Positions 9,901 to 18,672 of a stretch of 64,000 nt of DNA are shown here, in pieces. Origin of the DNA: Nostoc sp. DedSLP01 (GTDB taxonomy: Bacteria > Cyanobacteriota > Cyanobacteriia > Cyanobacteriales > Nostocaceae); assembly GCA_034530875.2 (NCBI GenBank), contig JAVRCJ020000001.1, positions 160,001-224,000 on the forward strand. Direction: 5' to 3'. The notes beneath the pieces are model-generated. The model made no database searches, was not told where the DNA came from, and worked only from the letters and a program-made list of their open reading frames with translations. The position numbers were made by a program, and so were the translations under genes. The first letter of the stretch is position 1. The number at the start of each line of letters is the position of its first letter.

Positions 9901-12444
9901 AATCAATGCTTGAACTTTGGTTTCGTAGACTTTAGCTGTGTCTAGATGAGAGCGTCCATTTTCTAGGACTAATTTGATAACTTGCTCCATCTGGGGGAAA
10001 TCACCAGACAAAAATGTGGCGCGTGCTAATTCATTCGCAGTCTCTAAAGTTAATGAATATTGACTTTGCCAGCAATCTGTGTATAGAAGTTTTTGGCAGG
10101 TGTGGAGATAGTCTACACCTGCAACATAAGCAGTAGAAGCGATCGCTTTTTTTGCAGCTTGCAAATTTAACCTAGCAAGTTGCTCTTGTTCTAACTTATC
10201 GCTAATTAGGGGCAATCCAAAATTGAGCTGATTAGCGATGGCAAAAATCTGTTCTTCTCGTTGCGCTGCGTCAAGATTTGCCAGTAAAAGTTTACCGATT
10301 TTAAGATGAGTATGTTGTTTTTGCCAGTCGGGAATGAGGGAATATGCGGCTTGTTGTACGCGATCGTGAAAAAATCTATACTTAGGAGTTTGGTGAGTAT
10401 GAGTTGAAACTGTTTGTAAATCTGTTGGAGTATCAGCTTCCTGATAAAACTTATAAACTTCGCTAACTGGGAGTATTAAACCTTCTTGTAAAGCTGTCCA
10501 TAAATTTGTTGCTGTTTCTACTAAAGATTTTTCACAGACAATTGCCAAAGTTTTTAAATCAAATTGAGAACCAATACATGCAGATAACTTCAATCCATTT
10601 TGAGTTTCTAATGGCAATTTTTGCAATTGTAATGCCATAAACTCAACTACATCATCAGTAATTGCCAAAGTTTTGATTTGAGCCAGGTCGCAAATCCAAT
10701 ATCTAGCATCTAAATCAAACTTAATTGCCCCATCTTCAGCTAATGACTTGAGGAACTGCGTACTAAAAAAAGGATTACCTTGAGTTTTTTGATATATTAT
10801 TTCTGTCAGAGGTTGTGCCAGCACTACAGAACAATTGAGGGTATCTGATATTAGTTGATTTAAATCGTTTTTTGGGAGTGCAGCAAGAGTAATAGTATTT
10901 ATATTTCTGCCAAATTTCTGAATTTCAGCTAAAGTCAGCATCAAAGGATGAGCAGGTGTAATTTCTTTATCTCGGTAAGCACCAACGATTAACATATAAG
11001 TCGAACTAGCTTCACTCATTAATAATTGCATTAGTTTTAAAGAAGCCAAATCAGCCCATTGCAAATCATCTAAGAAAATCACCAATGGATGCTCTTTAGT
11101 TGTGAAAACTTGGATAAACTTCTGAAGTAACAAATTAAATCTATTTTGGGCAGCTGTTCCTGAAAGTTCTGGTGCTGGTGGTTGTTCGCCAATAATTTTC
11201 TCTAATTCAGGAATCACATCAATAATTACTTGTCCGTTTTCCCCCACAGCTTCTAAAATCTGACTTTTCCATTGTTGGATTTGAATATCATTTTCACCCA
11301 AAAATTGCCCCATCAAATCGCGAAAAGCTTGTACAAATGCCGAGAAAGGAATATTTTTTTGAAATTGGTCAAATTTTCCTTTAATAAAATATCCTCGTTG
11401 CCGTACTATCGGTTTATGTACTTCATTGATAACGGCAGTTTTACCAATTCCAGAGAAACCCGCAACTAGCATGATTTCGCTCTCACCAGCAGCTACTCTC
11501 TCAAAGGCTTGTAGTAAGGTTGCTACCTCTTGCTCCCGGCCATAAAGGTTTTCTGGAATCAAGAATCGGTCGTTAATATCTCGGCTACCTAATCTAAAAT
11601 CTGCGATCGCACCTGTACTTTGCCATGCAGATAAACAAATTTCTAGATCGTACTTTAATCCTGCCGCACTTTGATATCTATCCTCGGCATTCTTGGCCAT
11701 TAACTTAGCAATTATTTTGGAGATAATTTGAGGAATATTAGAATTAATTTCATAGGCTAGCGGTGGAATTTTGGCAATGTGCGAATGCACTAATTCCATA
11801 GGATCTTCAGATAAAAATGGTAATTCACCTACAATTAATTCGTAGAAAGTTATGCCTAAACTATAAAAATCAGTCCGATAATCTATAGCCCGATTCATTC
11901 TGCCGGTTTGTTCGGGAGAAATATAAGCAAGAGTACCTTCGAGGACATTAGGATTTTGTAGTTGTGGATTTTCTCTGGGTAATAGGGAGGCAATACTAAA
12001 GTCAATTAATTTAATTTGGTGGTTTTCGAGATTAATCAAGATATTAGTAGGTTTAATATCTTTATGAATAACTCGATGACGGTGTAGTGCTTCTAAGATT
12101 GTCGTTATGGCAATAGCAACTGTTAAAAAATTACTAATAGAGAATTGCTGATTTCCTACTCTCCATTCTTTGAGGGAAATACCGCCAAAATCCTCCATGA
12201 CAAAAGCGTAACCATTATGATATGGTTCTAAGCTAATGGGTTTGATGATGCCTGGTAAATCTAAGTTTTTAGCGATAGTGTACTGATTGCGGAACTGTAC
12301 CAATTCACTGAAACTGGGATAAGGATTTTTCAGCAATTTAATTACTACAGGCTTGTCGTCAATTTCTCTGTATCCCCGATAAACCAGAGTTCTAGAACTG
12401 TTGTAGAGTTCTTCATGGAATTGATATCCCGGAATTCTAAACAT
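6991..12444 (-). CDS. Ser/Thr kinase-AAA-GAF-histidine kinase hybrid (HstK-type)
   Basis: HKDIKPTN and DFS kinase motifs, GFSGIGKT P-loop, GAF (LYLENN), AHEINNP phospho-acceptor, DNGIGM and GTGMG boxes. Confidence 0.93.
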   Translation of the reverse strand: MFRIPGYQFHEELYNSSRTLVYRGYREIDDKPVVIKLLKNPYPSFSELVQFRNQYTIAKNLDLPGIIKPISLEPYHNGYAFVMEDFGGISLKEWRVGNQQFSISNFLTVAIAITTILEALHRHRVIHKDIKPTNILINLENHQIKLIDFSIASLLPRENPQLQNPNVLEGTLAYISPEQTGRMNRAIDYRTDFYSLGITFYELIVGELPFLSEDPMELVHSHIAKIPPLAYEINSNIPQIISKIIAKLMAKNAEDRYQSAAGLKYDLEICLSAWQSTGAIADFRLGSRDINDRFLIPENLYGREQEVATLLQAFERVAAGESEIMLVAGFSGIGKTAVINEVHKPIVRQRGYFIKGKFDQFQKNIPFSAFVQAFRDLMGQFLGENDIQIQQWKSQILEAVGENGQVIIDVIPELEKIIGEQPPAPELSGTAAQNRFNLLLQKFIQVFTTKEHPLVIFLDDLQWADLASLKLMQLLMSEASSTYMLIVGAYRDKEITPAHPLMLTLAEIQKFGRNINTITLAALPKNDLNQLISDTLNCSVVLAQPLTEIIYQKTQGNPFFSTQFLKSLAEDGAIKFDLDARYWICDLAQIKTLAITDDVVEFMALQLQKLPLETQNGLKLSACIGSQFDLKTLAIVCEKSLVETATNLWTALQEGLILPVSEVYKFYQEADTPTDLQTVSTHTHQTPKYRFFHDRVQQAAYSLIPDWQKQHTHLKIGKLLLANLDAAQREEQIFAIANQLNFGLPLISDKLEQEQLARLNLQAAKKAIASTAYVAGVDYLHTCQKLLYTDCWQSQYSLTLETANELARATFLSGDFPQMEQVIKLVLENGRSHLDTAKVYETKVQALIFQGQAVEAVKIALIAIEKFGIKFPQKPTTTKILLGLIETKLALMGKAIASLEALPMMTAPDKIIVTQVLSKTISAAFNGAPNLLPLLIFRAICLFAKYGNTNLSAYFYTWYGVILCGFVGDIKSGYQFGELALRLVEKFDAKEIKASVVNAVYCFIHPWQKHIQETLKPLLESYQAGLDSGDKEFAAWSVFGYCAHSYFIGTNLADMEPQFEFYQQAITQLNQETALQSHNIYYQTVLNLLGKSTQPSRLEGDLYSLSRMEPQQQANNDKGALFIVYVNQAILSYLFTDFKYGAEILEKARQNLEAGVGLVTSVIFYFYDSLTSLALASQASSPDKKRILKRVIANQKKLKKWAEHAPMNHLHKFHLVEAEKCRVLGQKTAATENYDRAIKLARANEYVNEEALANELAAKFYLEWGKEKIAAVYMQEAYYCYTRWGSSAKIADLEKHYPQLLTPILQQECNPIPTNETLGLNSTRTIHSTTINNSSFLDLTGILKASQAISSEIKLEKLLFQIMQIVIESAGATKSALMLLRDNSLAIEAIANLEENQSFILQSIPLQDSNDVPHSIINYVKNTLDTLVIKNINTQNQYSADPYIQQQKPQSILCMPIMQQGELIGILYLENNLTIGAFTTDKLKVLNLLVSQAAISLENSRLYTALEQAFLVLEDKVKERTQELSEKNNQLQNTLEELHRTQLQMLQSEKMSALGQMVAGIAHEINNPVSFIYGNISYVEQYVQNLLQLTNLYQQHNLDRPEIQDFLNELDLEFIQTDLPKTLQSMRVGTERISEIVLSLRTFSRIDEAEFKKVDIHKGIESTLLILQHRLKGQAEYPDIQIIKNYGKLPLIQCYAGQLNQAFMNIFQNAIDAIEAKNRMRSCKEIHANPGKIIVRTSVIDTNWIEIAIADNGIGMTDKVQKQMLNPFFTTKPIGNGTGMGMSISYQIITEKHGGKLNCLSTPNQGTEFSIQIPIHQ

Positions 12445-13235
12445 ACCAGCAAATTCTTGAGACTTTCAGATTTAGTGTTCCCAGATATAGCAATTCTCAA
12501 ACAATAAGATCCCTTGAGGAGTTGGAATTGTACGGCAATTGAAAGTGCCTATCGATTTGCATTGCTAAAAGGTTACGGTAAAAGTGTAATACCAATTCAA
12601 AATTAAAAATTCACTCCAGGTAAGTTATGATACCTGCGGCAAGACGCAAAGCGCCTACGGAGTAAACCTCGCAAGAGACTTTCTTACCTCTGCTTCCTGT
12701 CCTCACAGTGATGGTATATTTTTATAGTTGCAAGCCCCTTAGTTTTTCCGTTAGCCTTTACTCCACCAAGTTCTCTTAGTTAACTATTAGTTACCAAAGA
12801 ATGCAAGAGGCAGGAGGTTAAACATTTGCAGTTAATTTCTAGCAAAACGAAATTGATTATTGAGTTTTAACTTTTAAAATTACTCACTAAAAAATTATTC
12901 TTAGTAACTCTTACCTAAGAAATATAACAAATAATACTATCGTAAGGGTGATTTAAATCCAAAATTATTTATATCAGGAAAAAGGAAATGTTTTAAGTTT
13001 TCCACTTGAGGCTACTATTTATTATTTATATCCTTCTCAAGGACGATAGAAAACGATAACAATATAGATACCATAGTTTCTAATTAAATAGATTACCTTC
13101 TAAGTTTCTCCCTAAAAAAGTTTAAATTTTGTACAAGTTTTTCTACTCTATTGCATAGATATTTTGTAGTAGCTAAACTCACCAGATACCTGTTTAGTTG
13201 CCAAATGTAAACCTCAAAAAATAGGAGTATTTACA

Positions 13236-14465
13236 ATGAAAGCAGTAGTTTTTCATGGAATTGGAGATATTCGATTAGATAACGTACCAGAACCAAAAAT
13301 TAAAGAGCCAACAGATGCAATTATTAGACTGACTTCTAGTGCAATTTGCGGCACAGATTTACACATGATTCGCGGAACATTTACGGGTATGAAACCCGGC
13401 ACAATTTTAGGTCATGAAGGCGTTGGTATTGTTGAAGAGATTGGTTCTAACGTGCGGAATTTGAAAGTAGGCGATCGCGTTGTTGTTCCTTCGACAATTG
13501 CTTGTGGCTACTGTTCTTACTGCCGCACAGGATATCACGCTCAATGTGATAACGCCAACCCTCAAGGACATACTGCTGGGACAGCTTTCTTCGGAGGCCC
13601 GGAAGCTTCTGGCCCCTTCGATGGATTGCAGGCAGAATACGCTCGAATTCCTTATGCCAATGCAGGGTTAGTCAAATTACCAAAAGAAGTTACAGACGAC
13701 CAAGCAATTCTCTTATCTGACATCTTCCCTACGGCTTACTTTGGTGCCGATATTGCAGAGATTACACCAGGCGATACAGTTGCCATATTTGGTTGCGGCC
13801 CCGTTGGACAGTTTGCCATTGTTAGCGCCAGATTGTTTGGTGCAGGACGCATTATTGCAGTGGATACAATTCCCTCCCGTTTAGAAATGGCACGCGATTT
13901 AGGAGCAGAAATCATCGATTACAATGCCGAAGATCCAATAGAAGCAATCCGCGAACTGACTGGAGGAATTGGTGTCGATAGAGTAATTGAAGCTGTTGGC
14001 GTAGATGCTAATGCACCCGACAGCGGCCCGGCTGCCGAAAAAGCTCAAAAAGAAGCACAACAATTTCAGCAACAATTACAACAAATTGCTCCTAAAACTA
14101 ATCCGCAAAACGGCAATTGGCATCCAGGAAATGCTCCTTCTCAAGCATTAGAATGGGCAGTTGAAGCATTAGCAAAAGCAGGTACGCTCTCAATTATTGG
14201 AGTTTATCCCCCAACCCATAATTTCTTTCCCATCGGTACCGCGATGAACAAAAATTTAACAATCAATATGGGTAATTGCAATCATCGTAAATATATTCCG
14301 ACATTGGTCGATTTGGTTCGTAATGGTACAGTAGACCCGACAAAAGTTTTAACCCAAGTCGAACCGCTAATGTCGGTGATTGATGCATATAAGGCTTTTG
14401 ACCAAAGAAAACCAGGTTGGGTAAAGGTGGAGTTAGTGCCTGGAGCGACTTTAGCTAACGTCTAG
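13236..14465 (+). CDS. Zinc-dependent alcohol/formaldehyde dehydrogenase family protein
   Basis: CGTDLH, GHEGVG, CxxCxxC...C structural zinc site, GCGPVG Rossmann motif; AGGAG RBS upstream. Confidence 0.9.
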   Translation: MKAVVFHGIGDIRLDNVPEPKIKEPTDAIIRLTSSAICGTDLHMIRGTFTGMKPGTILGHEGVGIVEEIGSNVRNLKVGDRVVVPSTIACGYCSYCRTGYHAQCDNANPQGHTAGTAFFGGPEASGPFDGLQAEYARIPYANAGLVKLPKEVTDDQAILLSDIFPTAYFGADIAEITPGDTVAIFGCGPVGQFAIVSARLFGAGRIIAVDTIPSRLEMARDLGAEIIDYNAEDPIEAIRELTGGIGVDRVIEAVGVDANAPDSGPAAEKAQKEAQQFQQQLQQIAPKTNPQNGNWHPGNAPSQALEWAVEALAKAGTLSIIGVYPPTHNFFPIGTAMNKNLTINMGNCNHRKYIPTLVDLVRNGTVDPTKVLTQVEPLMSVIDAYKAFDQRKPGWVKVELVPGATLANV

Positions 14466-14654
14466 AGTCTTTATCAAAACTGTGTTGCCAACTAAAAATT
14501 CCATGTCAGTAAGTGAACTAACTTGTTGATATGGAATCTTTATTTTTGCGCCATTTTACTATTTGAAGTTTTGAGAGATATTGCTGTTTACCCTGGTTGA
14601 TTCCATCAAAAATGGATAAAGTCGAGCTTAGACAATTGAATTATTCTTTCGTAC

Positions 14655-14745
14655 TAAGTAGACAGACATAATTAAATGAAAAATCCAAGGGAGCGAAACC
14701 TTTTACTATTGAGGGTTTTACCTTCTGCCTCCTGCCTTCTACTTA
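14655..14745. mobile_element. 91-bp dispersed repeat (MITE-like) with TAAGTAG/CTACTTA ends, copy 1
   Basis: Reverse complement matches 51866-52000 closely; explains the spurious 37-aa N-terminal extension of ORF 14676. Confidence 0.75.
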
Positions 14746-14786
14746 TACAGCGATCGCTATTTACAGGGTCTTTGCTCGAAAGCCTT

Positions 14787-16724
14787 ATGAAAACATCCCC
14801 AATATCCCATTGGTATCAAGAAAATCTTGCCACATTGATTCAAGCAACTGGCTATATCCGTCAATACCTAGAAAATAAACTCGAAGATAAAGCCCTACAG
14901 CCACTCCCTCTCGAAACAATATCACCGACATCCGCCTTAGCGAATTTATGCCGCCTGTTTTACCTCACTGAATTTGAACGGGATATTCTCCTTTTATGCG
15001 TTGCTTTGGAGATTGACCCTACCCTTGCGGAATTATGTGCCAAACTCCAGGGAAATCCGCAACTAAATTATCCTACCCTTGCCTTAGCTTTAACTACCTT
15101 TCCCCAAGCTAGTTGGTCTGTGCTTTCTGCCCAAAATCCCTTACAATCCTGGCGATTAATTGAAATTGGTACGGGCTTTACCCTTACCCAAGCCCCCCTC
15201 CGCATCAATCCACGAATTCTCAGCTATCTCTTGGGAGAAGCGGCTTTTGACGAACAACTAATGAGTTTTGTCCATCCCCTTCCCCCTCACCTTGAGCAAA
15301 TATCCTTACCTCCCTCCCAAGAAAAGATAGTAGAGCAATTAGTTGCTATTTGGTCTGAGCTTTCTTCCTCCTCTCCCGCCTTGCAACTCTGTGGTGGGGA
15401 AATCAGCGCTAAATATGCCATCGCCAAAGCTGCATCTGTTCGCCTTGGCTATAACTTGCATGTTATGTCTGCGGCAGTACTTACCCAATCGCCGAATGAA
15501 ATCCACCAAATCAAACAACGTTGGGAAAGGGAAGCGTTATTAAATAATAGTGTGCTTTTACTTGATTGTGATGATATTTCCCCGAATGAACCAAAAGCTG
15601 CTTTCACTGTTTCCCAATTTTTGGAATATCTGCAAACACCCGCGATCGTTTGTAGTGGAGAACGACTACAGATTAAACACAATCATCTCATTACCTTTGA
15701 TGTACCCCAACTCAGCTACCAAGAACAAGCAGAAATTTGGGCAAGCCATCTTGGCGCACAAGCCAACCAACTCAATGGAGAGATTACCAAGTTAGTATCT
15801 CAATTTAACCTCAGCAACGCCACGATTCAAACAGCCTGTCTGCAATTCAAACTTCAAAAAACACACCACCCCAATTTACTTTGGGATTTCTGCCGCCATC
15901 AAGCCCGCCCTCATATCGATGGTTTAGCGCAACGCATAGATACATCTGCCACTTGGGATGACTTAGTGCTACCGGAACAACAACGCCAAGTACTTGCAGA
16001 TATAGCTGCTCATCTTAGACAACGGGCTAAAGTCTACCAAGAATGGGGTTTTGCTGGTAAAGGTAGTCGGGGGTTAGGGATTAGCGCCCTATTTCACGGG
16101 GAAAGCGGAACTGGTAAAACTATGGCAGCCGAGGTATTAGCAAATCAATTTCGCCTCGATCTTTACCGCATTGACCTGAGTGCCGTAGTTAGTAAATATA
16201 TAGGTGAAACAGAAAAGAACTTGGGGCGCATATTCGCCGCTGCCGAAACCGGAGGAGTAATCTTACTGTTTGATGAAGCAGACGCCCTATTTGGCAAACG
16301 TACAGAAGTTCAAGATAGCCGCGATCGCCACGCCAACGTAGAAGTATCTTATTTACTCCAACGTATGGAAGCATATCAAGGTTTGGCTATTCTCACCACA
16401 AACTTAAAAAATGCTTTAGATTCTGCTTTTTTGCGCCGTATCCGCTTTATGGTTGCATTTCCATTCCCAGAAGCCCCGTCACGTAGCGAAATTTGGCAGC
16501 GCGTTTTTCCCTCTCAAACACCCACCCAAGGGTTAGACTACCAAAAATTAGGACAACTCAAGGTTGCTGGCGGAAATATCCGCAATATTGCCATGAATGC
16601 CGCTTTTCTCGCAGCCGACGCCGACGAACCAGTGATGATGAAACATATACTGCAAGCCTCACAACAGGAGTATCTGAAATTAAAAAGATTATTGAATGAT
16701 GAAGAAACAAAAGGATGGATATAG
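14787..16724 (+). CDS. eCIS AAA+ ATPase (Afp15-like, long form)
   Basis: GESGTGKT Walker A, LLFDEAD Walker B, VVSKYIGETEKNL, DRHANVEVSYLLQRME; start moved to the ATG at 14787. Confidence 0.88.
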   Translation: MKTSPISHWYQENLATLIQATGYIRQYLENKLEDKALQPLPLETISPTSALANLCRLFYLTEFERDILLLCVALEIDPTLAELCAKLQGNPQLNYPTLALALTTFPQASWSVLSAQNPLQSWRLIEIGTGFTLTQAPLRINPRILSYLLGEAAFDEQLMSFVHPLPPHLEQISLPPSQEKIVEQLVAIWSELSSSSPALQLCGGEISAKYAIAKAASVRLGYNLHVMSAAVLTQSPNEIHQIKQRWEREALLNNSVLLLDCDDISPNEPKAAFTVSQFLEYLQTPAIVCSGERLQIKHNHLITFDVPQLSYQEQAEIWASHLGAQANQLNGEITKLVSQFNLSNATIQTACLQFKLQKTHHPNLLWDFCRHQARPHIDGLAQRIDTSATWDDLVLPEQQRQVLADIAAHLRQRAKVYQEWGFAGKGSRGLGISALFHGESGTGKTMAAEVLANQFRLDLYRIDLSAVVSKYIGETEKNLGRIFAAAETGGVILLFDEADALFGKRTEVQDSRDRHANVEVSYLLQRMEAYQGLAILTTNLKNALDSAFLRRIRFMVAFPFPEAPSRSEIWQRVFPSQTPTQGLDYQKLGQLKVAGGNIRNIAMNAAFLAADADEPVMMKHILQASQQEYLKLKRLLNDEETKGWI

Positions 16725-16893
16725 TATCCTTTTGCCGAATTCAAAACTCGTCTGTAACAAGGTTTTTAAAATTACACAAATCATTTTTCATTCTCATCCC
16801 TAAAATCAGCAACGTCAATAGTTTAAAGATATATTTCCACTAAAAATAAAATGTAAAGATATATTTTGTATTTAACTTGACAGACAAGGTTGT

Positions 16894-16902
16894 TGTTATA
16901 CT
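16894..16902 (+). promoter_or_regulatory. Candidate extended -10 promoter (TGnTATACT) for the eCIS operon
   Basis: TGTTATACT at 16894-16902; TTGACA at 16877 is only 14 bp away, so the -35 assignment is doubtful. Confidence 0.35.
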
Positions 16903-16993
16903 CGCGGCTATTGTTTCACTAATAAATAGTCAAAAAAATTTGATTCCTTTCCTTTGCTAAGTTAGAGATGATTTATAAAGTAAACCTTAAATT

Positions 16994-17168
16994 TTAGGGT
17001 AGGCTATAGCAACTTTAAAGCACCGACAAATATGGTGTCCTACGGCTAATCCTCACTCTTTTAAACTTTCAAATCTTTGCATAGCCGTAACAAACCCTAA
17101 TTAACATTTACTTGATAAATAAGCTCTTAGCTTCCAATTAGTTATCAAAAGCAATTTTGATAGCTAAT
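16994..17168 (+). promoter_or_regulatory. Structured 5' leader (multi-stem) upstream of the eCIS structural operon
   Basis: Complementary pairs TTAGGGT/ACCCTAA, GCACC/GGTGT, TACGGCTA/TAGCCGTA and a 14-bp stem with a GCAA tetraloop (17137-17168). Confidence 0.5.
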
Positions 17169-17205
17169 AATTGTCATGTTCTAGAAATCTTAGTAATTAT
17201 TGCCT

Positions 17206-17775
17206 ATGATAGAGCATGTCCTTTCATTCCTCAAGGAACAACTCAACACCTACATCCGAGTAAAAACGGGAGCGCAGGACTTTGAAGTTGTATTTGTTAA
17301 CGAACGAAATCAGAAAGAAGTTTCTTTCCAAAATGATGCCATTACGACCTTATTAGTCAACCTAGAAGAAGACTATACTTTTCGTTCTGGCGCAGCCTAT
17401 GAAAGAATACCCAATCAAGGAGGTAACCCACCAAAAAATCCTAATATTTACCTCAATTTATATATTCTATTTGCCGCAAATTTTACCGATTACAGGCAAT
17501 CTTTACAATTTTTATCTCTAATTCTCAAATTTTTTCAAAGTCATCGCTTATTTAATCAGCAGAACTCTCCAACCTTAAATTCTGAGATAGCAAAATTGAC
17601 CCTCGAACTGATTAATTTATCTTTTACAGAACAAAGAGAGGTTTGGGCTGGTTTGGGTATGTCTTACATGCCTTCAGCAATTTATAAAGTCAGGATGGTT
17701 GTGTTGACAGATGCGGATACCGTGGAACTTGGCTCTGATGTAACTGAGAACGTAGTTCTGACATCAAATATCTAG
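17206..17775 (+). CDS. DUF4255 / Afp16-like eCIS cap (tail terminator) protein
   Basis: LVNLEED, LNLYILFAANF..Y..SL, FFQSHRLF, W..LG..Y.PS..YKVR pattern; position before the sheath gene. Confidence 0.8.
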   Translation: MIEHVLSFLKEQLNTYIRVKTGAQDFEVVFVNERNQKEVSFQNDAITTLLVNLEEDYTFRSGAAYERIPNQGGNPPKNPNIYLNLYILFAANFTDYRQSLQFLSLILKFFQSHRLFNQQNSPTLNSEIAKLTLELINLSFTEQREVWAGLGMSYMPSAIYKVRMVVLTDADTVELGSDVTENVVLTSNI

Positions 17776-17811
17776 TTGTTCCGAAATATAATACCAAAAT
17801 TCATTTAAATT

Positions 17812-18648
17812 ATGCCTTATAAACAACTATTTGAATTGAGTATTATTCACGAATATTACGGAGATAAAATATGTCCTGACTTCAACATTGAGCCAACAAA
17901 TCAATGTCAAAAGATACTTGACGGTCATCGTTTGATTCTAAAAAATAAAGTTAACGGAATAGTTGTAATTGCACCAGTCTCTTTGGAAGATAGACCCTGG
18001 ATAGAACTTGCTGAAAATTTGCAATTTAGCTTTATTTTAAAATTAAAAAATAAAGATTTTATAGATTTTACGCAAATTAACTGGAAACCAGGGGATGAGA
18101 TTTATCAGTTTAGCAATCAAAATAATACTAATATTGAAACCTCAAATTTAGAAACAATCCCAGCAAAGTTATCTGAGTTAAATTTGCCTAAAGGACAAGA
18201 TATATTTGGCATAGTAAATATTTATAATAACTCCTCCATGCCCAAAGTTTTGCATCAATCGAGTGAATATAAAATGAATTTTTCAGCTAAAAAACAACAG
18301 TGGTATTATTTCTTGCTTACTAATGGTGAGATTAATGACTGTGAATTCTCAATTAAAGATAAAGATACAACTAGAAAATCAGAAATTAAATTTACCAGAT
18401 TTACGAGTGCCGAAGCTGAAAAAACAAATCCAATATTCTCGGTTCTCCAGCGACAATTTCCTCAATCTCAACAATATCTCTTTATATCTGACTCAGAAAT
18501 TGCTTGCCAGCAAACAGGAATAAAAAATATCCAACTTTTGAAGCAGAAAAAAAGTGAAATCAGCAATCCAATTGTGTGGATAGAGCATTTACCTAACCCC
18601 CCTAATTACAATGGCATCCAAGTAATTAATGCGCTCAAATATCTATAA
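17812..18648 (+). CDS. Conserved eCIS protein between cap and sheath (possible cap adaptor)
   Basis: YKQLFELSIIHEYY start and HLPNP end; assignment rests on position. Confidence 0.55.
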   Translation: MPYKQLFELSIIHEYYGDKICPDFNIEPTNQCQKILDGHRLILKNKVNGIVVIAPVSLEDRPWIELAENLQFSFILKLKNKDFIDFTQINWKPGDEIYQFSNQNNTNIETSNLETIPAKLSELNLPKGQDIFGIVNIYNNSSMPKVLHQSSEYKMNFSAKKQQWYYFLLTNGEINDCEFSIKDKDTTRKSEIKFTRFTSAEAEKTNPIFSVLQRQFPQSQQYLFISDSEIACQQTGIKNIQLLKQKKSEISNPIVWIEHLPNPPNYNGIQVINALKYL

Positions 18649-18672
18649 AACTTGAAAAATCAGGATTGAAAC

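Noticed and set aside
14676..14786. N-terminal 37 aa of the ATPase ORF
   Set aside because: Derived from the 91-bp dispersed repeat; the ATG at 14787 is more plausible.
16975..17100. c-di-GMP-I riboswitch or ops element in the eCIS leader
   Set aside because: Lacks the GGCAAAC..GAAA..GACGCAAAG pattern and GGCGGTAG; kept only as an unclassified structured leader.
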